A DNA stretch of 64,000 nucleotides from an uncultured Pelagibacteraceae bacterium (GTDB taxonomy: Bacteria > Pseudomonadota > Alphaproteobacteria > Pelagibacterales > Pelagibacteraceae), in assembly GCA_902561075.1 (NCBI GenBank), contig CACEOC010000002.1, positions 11,283 through 75,282 on the forward strand, written 5' to 3'. This document shows positions 62,463-64,000 of the stretch, in pieces. A program made the position numbers and the translations under genes. The notes below the pieces were generated by a model, which had not been told where the DNA came from, made no database searches, and saw nothing but the letters and a program-made list of their open reading frames with translations. Positions within the stretch are counted from its first letter, which is position 1. The number at the start of each line of letters is the position of its first letter.

Positions 62463-63797
62463 TTATTTGCCTATACAAAAGTCGCTAAAAATTGAGCCTA
62501 AAATCTCCTCTACATCCACTTTGCCAACAATCATGCCAAGCTGTCTTGTAGCTAGTCTAAGATCTTCAGCTGCCTTATCTAAATCTCCCATATCATTTTT
62601 ATTTTCAAAATTTTCCAAATGCTCAACGCACTTTATTAAATGTTGCCTGTGTCTTTCTCTTGTAATTATTGTATCCTCTGTGGAAAGAAATTTATTTTTT
62701 AACTTATCTCTAATATTAGAAATTAAATTATTTAAATTTGCTTCATTTTTAATTGAAATATAAATTGGATTAAATCTTTCAAGTTCATTCTCAATTTTAT
62801 CTGTTCCAAGATCAGACTTATTTACTACGAGAATTGTCTTATCTGAATTTACCAAACCTCTCAAAACACCAGTAAAATAACCATTTTTAGGTTCAATAAC
62901 AACTATATTTAAATCTGCATCTTCAGCCTTTTTTAAAGCTAATTTAATGCCCTTTTTCTCTATTTCATCTTTAGCATCTCTTATACCGGCCGTATCTGAC
63001 ATAATAACTGGATATCCATCGATGTTGAGGTGAGTCTCAATAACGTCTCTGGTTGTTCCTGCTATTTCAGATACAATTGCAACTTCTCTTCTGGATAAAT
63101 AATTTAGTAAAGATGATTTACCTGCGTTAGCTGGACCTAATATAGCAATTTTAAAACCCTCTCTAATTCTTTCTCCAACTCTTTGATCATCAAGAGTTTT
63201 AATGATCTCATTTTTCACATTAGAAGAATTTTTCTTAATATCTTCTAAAATGTTTTTAGGAAGTTCTTCTTCAGGAAAATCTATTTTGGCTTCAATATTT
63301 GATAAAATTTTAATTAATTTTTCTCTCCAATTAGCATATCTTTTTCCATGATTGCCTGACATAATATCAATTGCTTGCCTTCTTTGGATTTCAGTTTCTG
63401 CTGCGATTAGATCTCCGATGCTTTCTGCTTTCAATAAATTAATTTTACCATTTTCAAGAGCAATTTTTGTAAATTCACCGGGTTCAGCAATTCTACAACC
63501 ATTTATTTTTGATAAAGTTTCTAAAATAGAATTTATGACAGCTCTGCTCCCATGAACATGAAATTCTAAAACATCTTCACCTGTATAGCTTTTTGGTGAG
63601 GGAAACCAAATAATTATACCTTCATCAATGACTTCATTACTTTCTTGCTTATAAAACTTAGTTAATGTTGCTGTTCTTGGTAAAGGATTGGAAATTTTAG
63701 CTATCTCCTTTAATACTTTCATGCATTGATCACCAGAAATTCTAATAACTGCTAATCCTGATAAACCTGGTCCCGATGAAAGCGCATAAATTGTCAT
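62463..63797 (-). CDS. mnmE: tRNA modification GTPase
   Basis: SYTGED, GPANAGKSS, GTTRD, DTAG, NKSD, FCIGK. Confidence 0.99.
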   Translation of the reverse strand: MTIYALSSGPGLSGLAVIRISGDQCMKVLKEIAKISNPLPRTATLTKFYKQESNEVIDEGIIIWFPSPKSYTGEDVLEFHVHGSRAVINSILETLSKINGCRIAEPGEFTKIALENGKINLLKAESIGDLIAAETEIQRRQAIDIMSGNHGKRYANWREKLIKILSNIEAKIDFPEEELPKNILEDIKKNSSNVKNEIIKTLDDQRVGERIREGFKIAILGPANAGKSSLLNYLSRREVAIVSEIAGTTRDVIETHLNIDGYPVIMSDTAGIRDAKDEIEKKGIKLALKKAEDADLNIVVIEPKNGYFTGVLRGLVNSDKTILVVNKSDLGTDKIENELERFNPIYISIKNEANLNNLISNIRDKLKNKFLSTEDTIITRERHRQHLIKCVEHLENFENKNDMGDLDKAAEDLRLATRQLGMIVGKVDVEEILGSIFSDFCIGK

Positions 63798-63841
63798 GCT
63801 TAAGATTATATATATTTAGTCCACTTATTAAATGAGTTTAT

Positions 63842-64000
63842 TTAATTTTGACCTAAAATTTTAAATAATTTTTTTAAGCTATCTTTGTAATATTTGCTTT
63901 TGTTAATTGAAGACACATACAAGTCTTTTCTGGCTTGAAATGAACTTAAAGTTTTAATTGGGGTTTTATTATTTTTATGATTTAAACAAGCATCATCCAT
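63842..64000 (-). CDS. C-terminal fragment of a sulfotransferase-domain protein, runs off the right edge
   Basis: Not in ORF track; ...DDACLNHKNNKTPIKTLSSFQARKDLYVSSINKSKYY...GQN*; resembles the CL...KTAS..Q.R..IY.SS tail of TPR-sulfotransferases. Confidence 0.6.
   Translation of the reverse strand: MDDACLNHKNNKTPIKTLSSFQARKDLYVSSINKSKYYKDSLKKLFKILGQN

Noticed and set aside
2779-63555. The many 60-145 aa ORFs in the track lying antisense to or out of frame within known genes (e.g. 2779-3168, 14548-14943, 44538-44975)
   Set aside because: Shadow ORFs overlapping conserved genes, with Phe/Leu/Ile/Ser-rich composition typical of reverse-read AT-rich codons and no motifs; the antisense dnaK ORF is a familiar artefact
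1-64000. tRNA, rRNA, CRISPR, IS elements, prophage or defence island
   Set aside because: No spacer large or GC-rich enough, no repeat-spacer array, and no transposase, integrase or phage-like ORF

Overview
Very AT-rich, tightly packed core-genome segment of a streamlined alphaproteobacterium; gene content, synteny and near-absent intergenic DNA point to SAR11/Pelagibacterales (inference, no database search). About 65 CDSs, almost all housekeeping: argH-lysA, dnaA-dnaN, rpsT, mutM, ubiE-ubiB-coaBC-dut, katG-irr, fabA-fabB-fabI, nusA-infB-rbfA-rpsO-pnp, fur-miaB-phoH-ybeY-lnt-metK, murJ-trpS, maeB, grpE-dnaK-dnaJ-dapB-nth, porin, leuS-lptE-holA, mnmE-mnmG-rsmG-parA-parB with parS sites. No rRNA, tRNA, CRISPR, IS or prophage seen. 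The best signals lie below the ORF-track cutoff or in non-coding DNA: (1) an unannotated 42-aa ArfA-like ribosome-rescue factor overlapping a CenR-like regulator with a decayed receiver domain; (2) an Irr (ICE) box whose right half is the TATAAT -10 of an apparently leaderless katG-DUF2061 unit directly downstream of irr; (3) a rimP-leader-type attenuator kept in front of nusA although rimP is missing; (4) three more small unannotated ORFs; (5) head-to-head gene overlaps, including two proteins starting from one ATGCAT palindrome.
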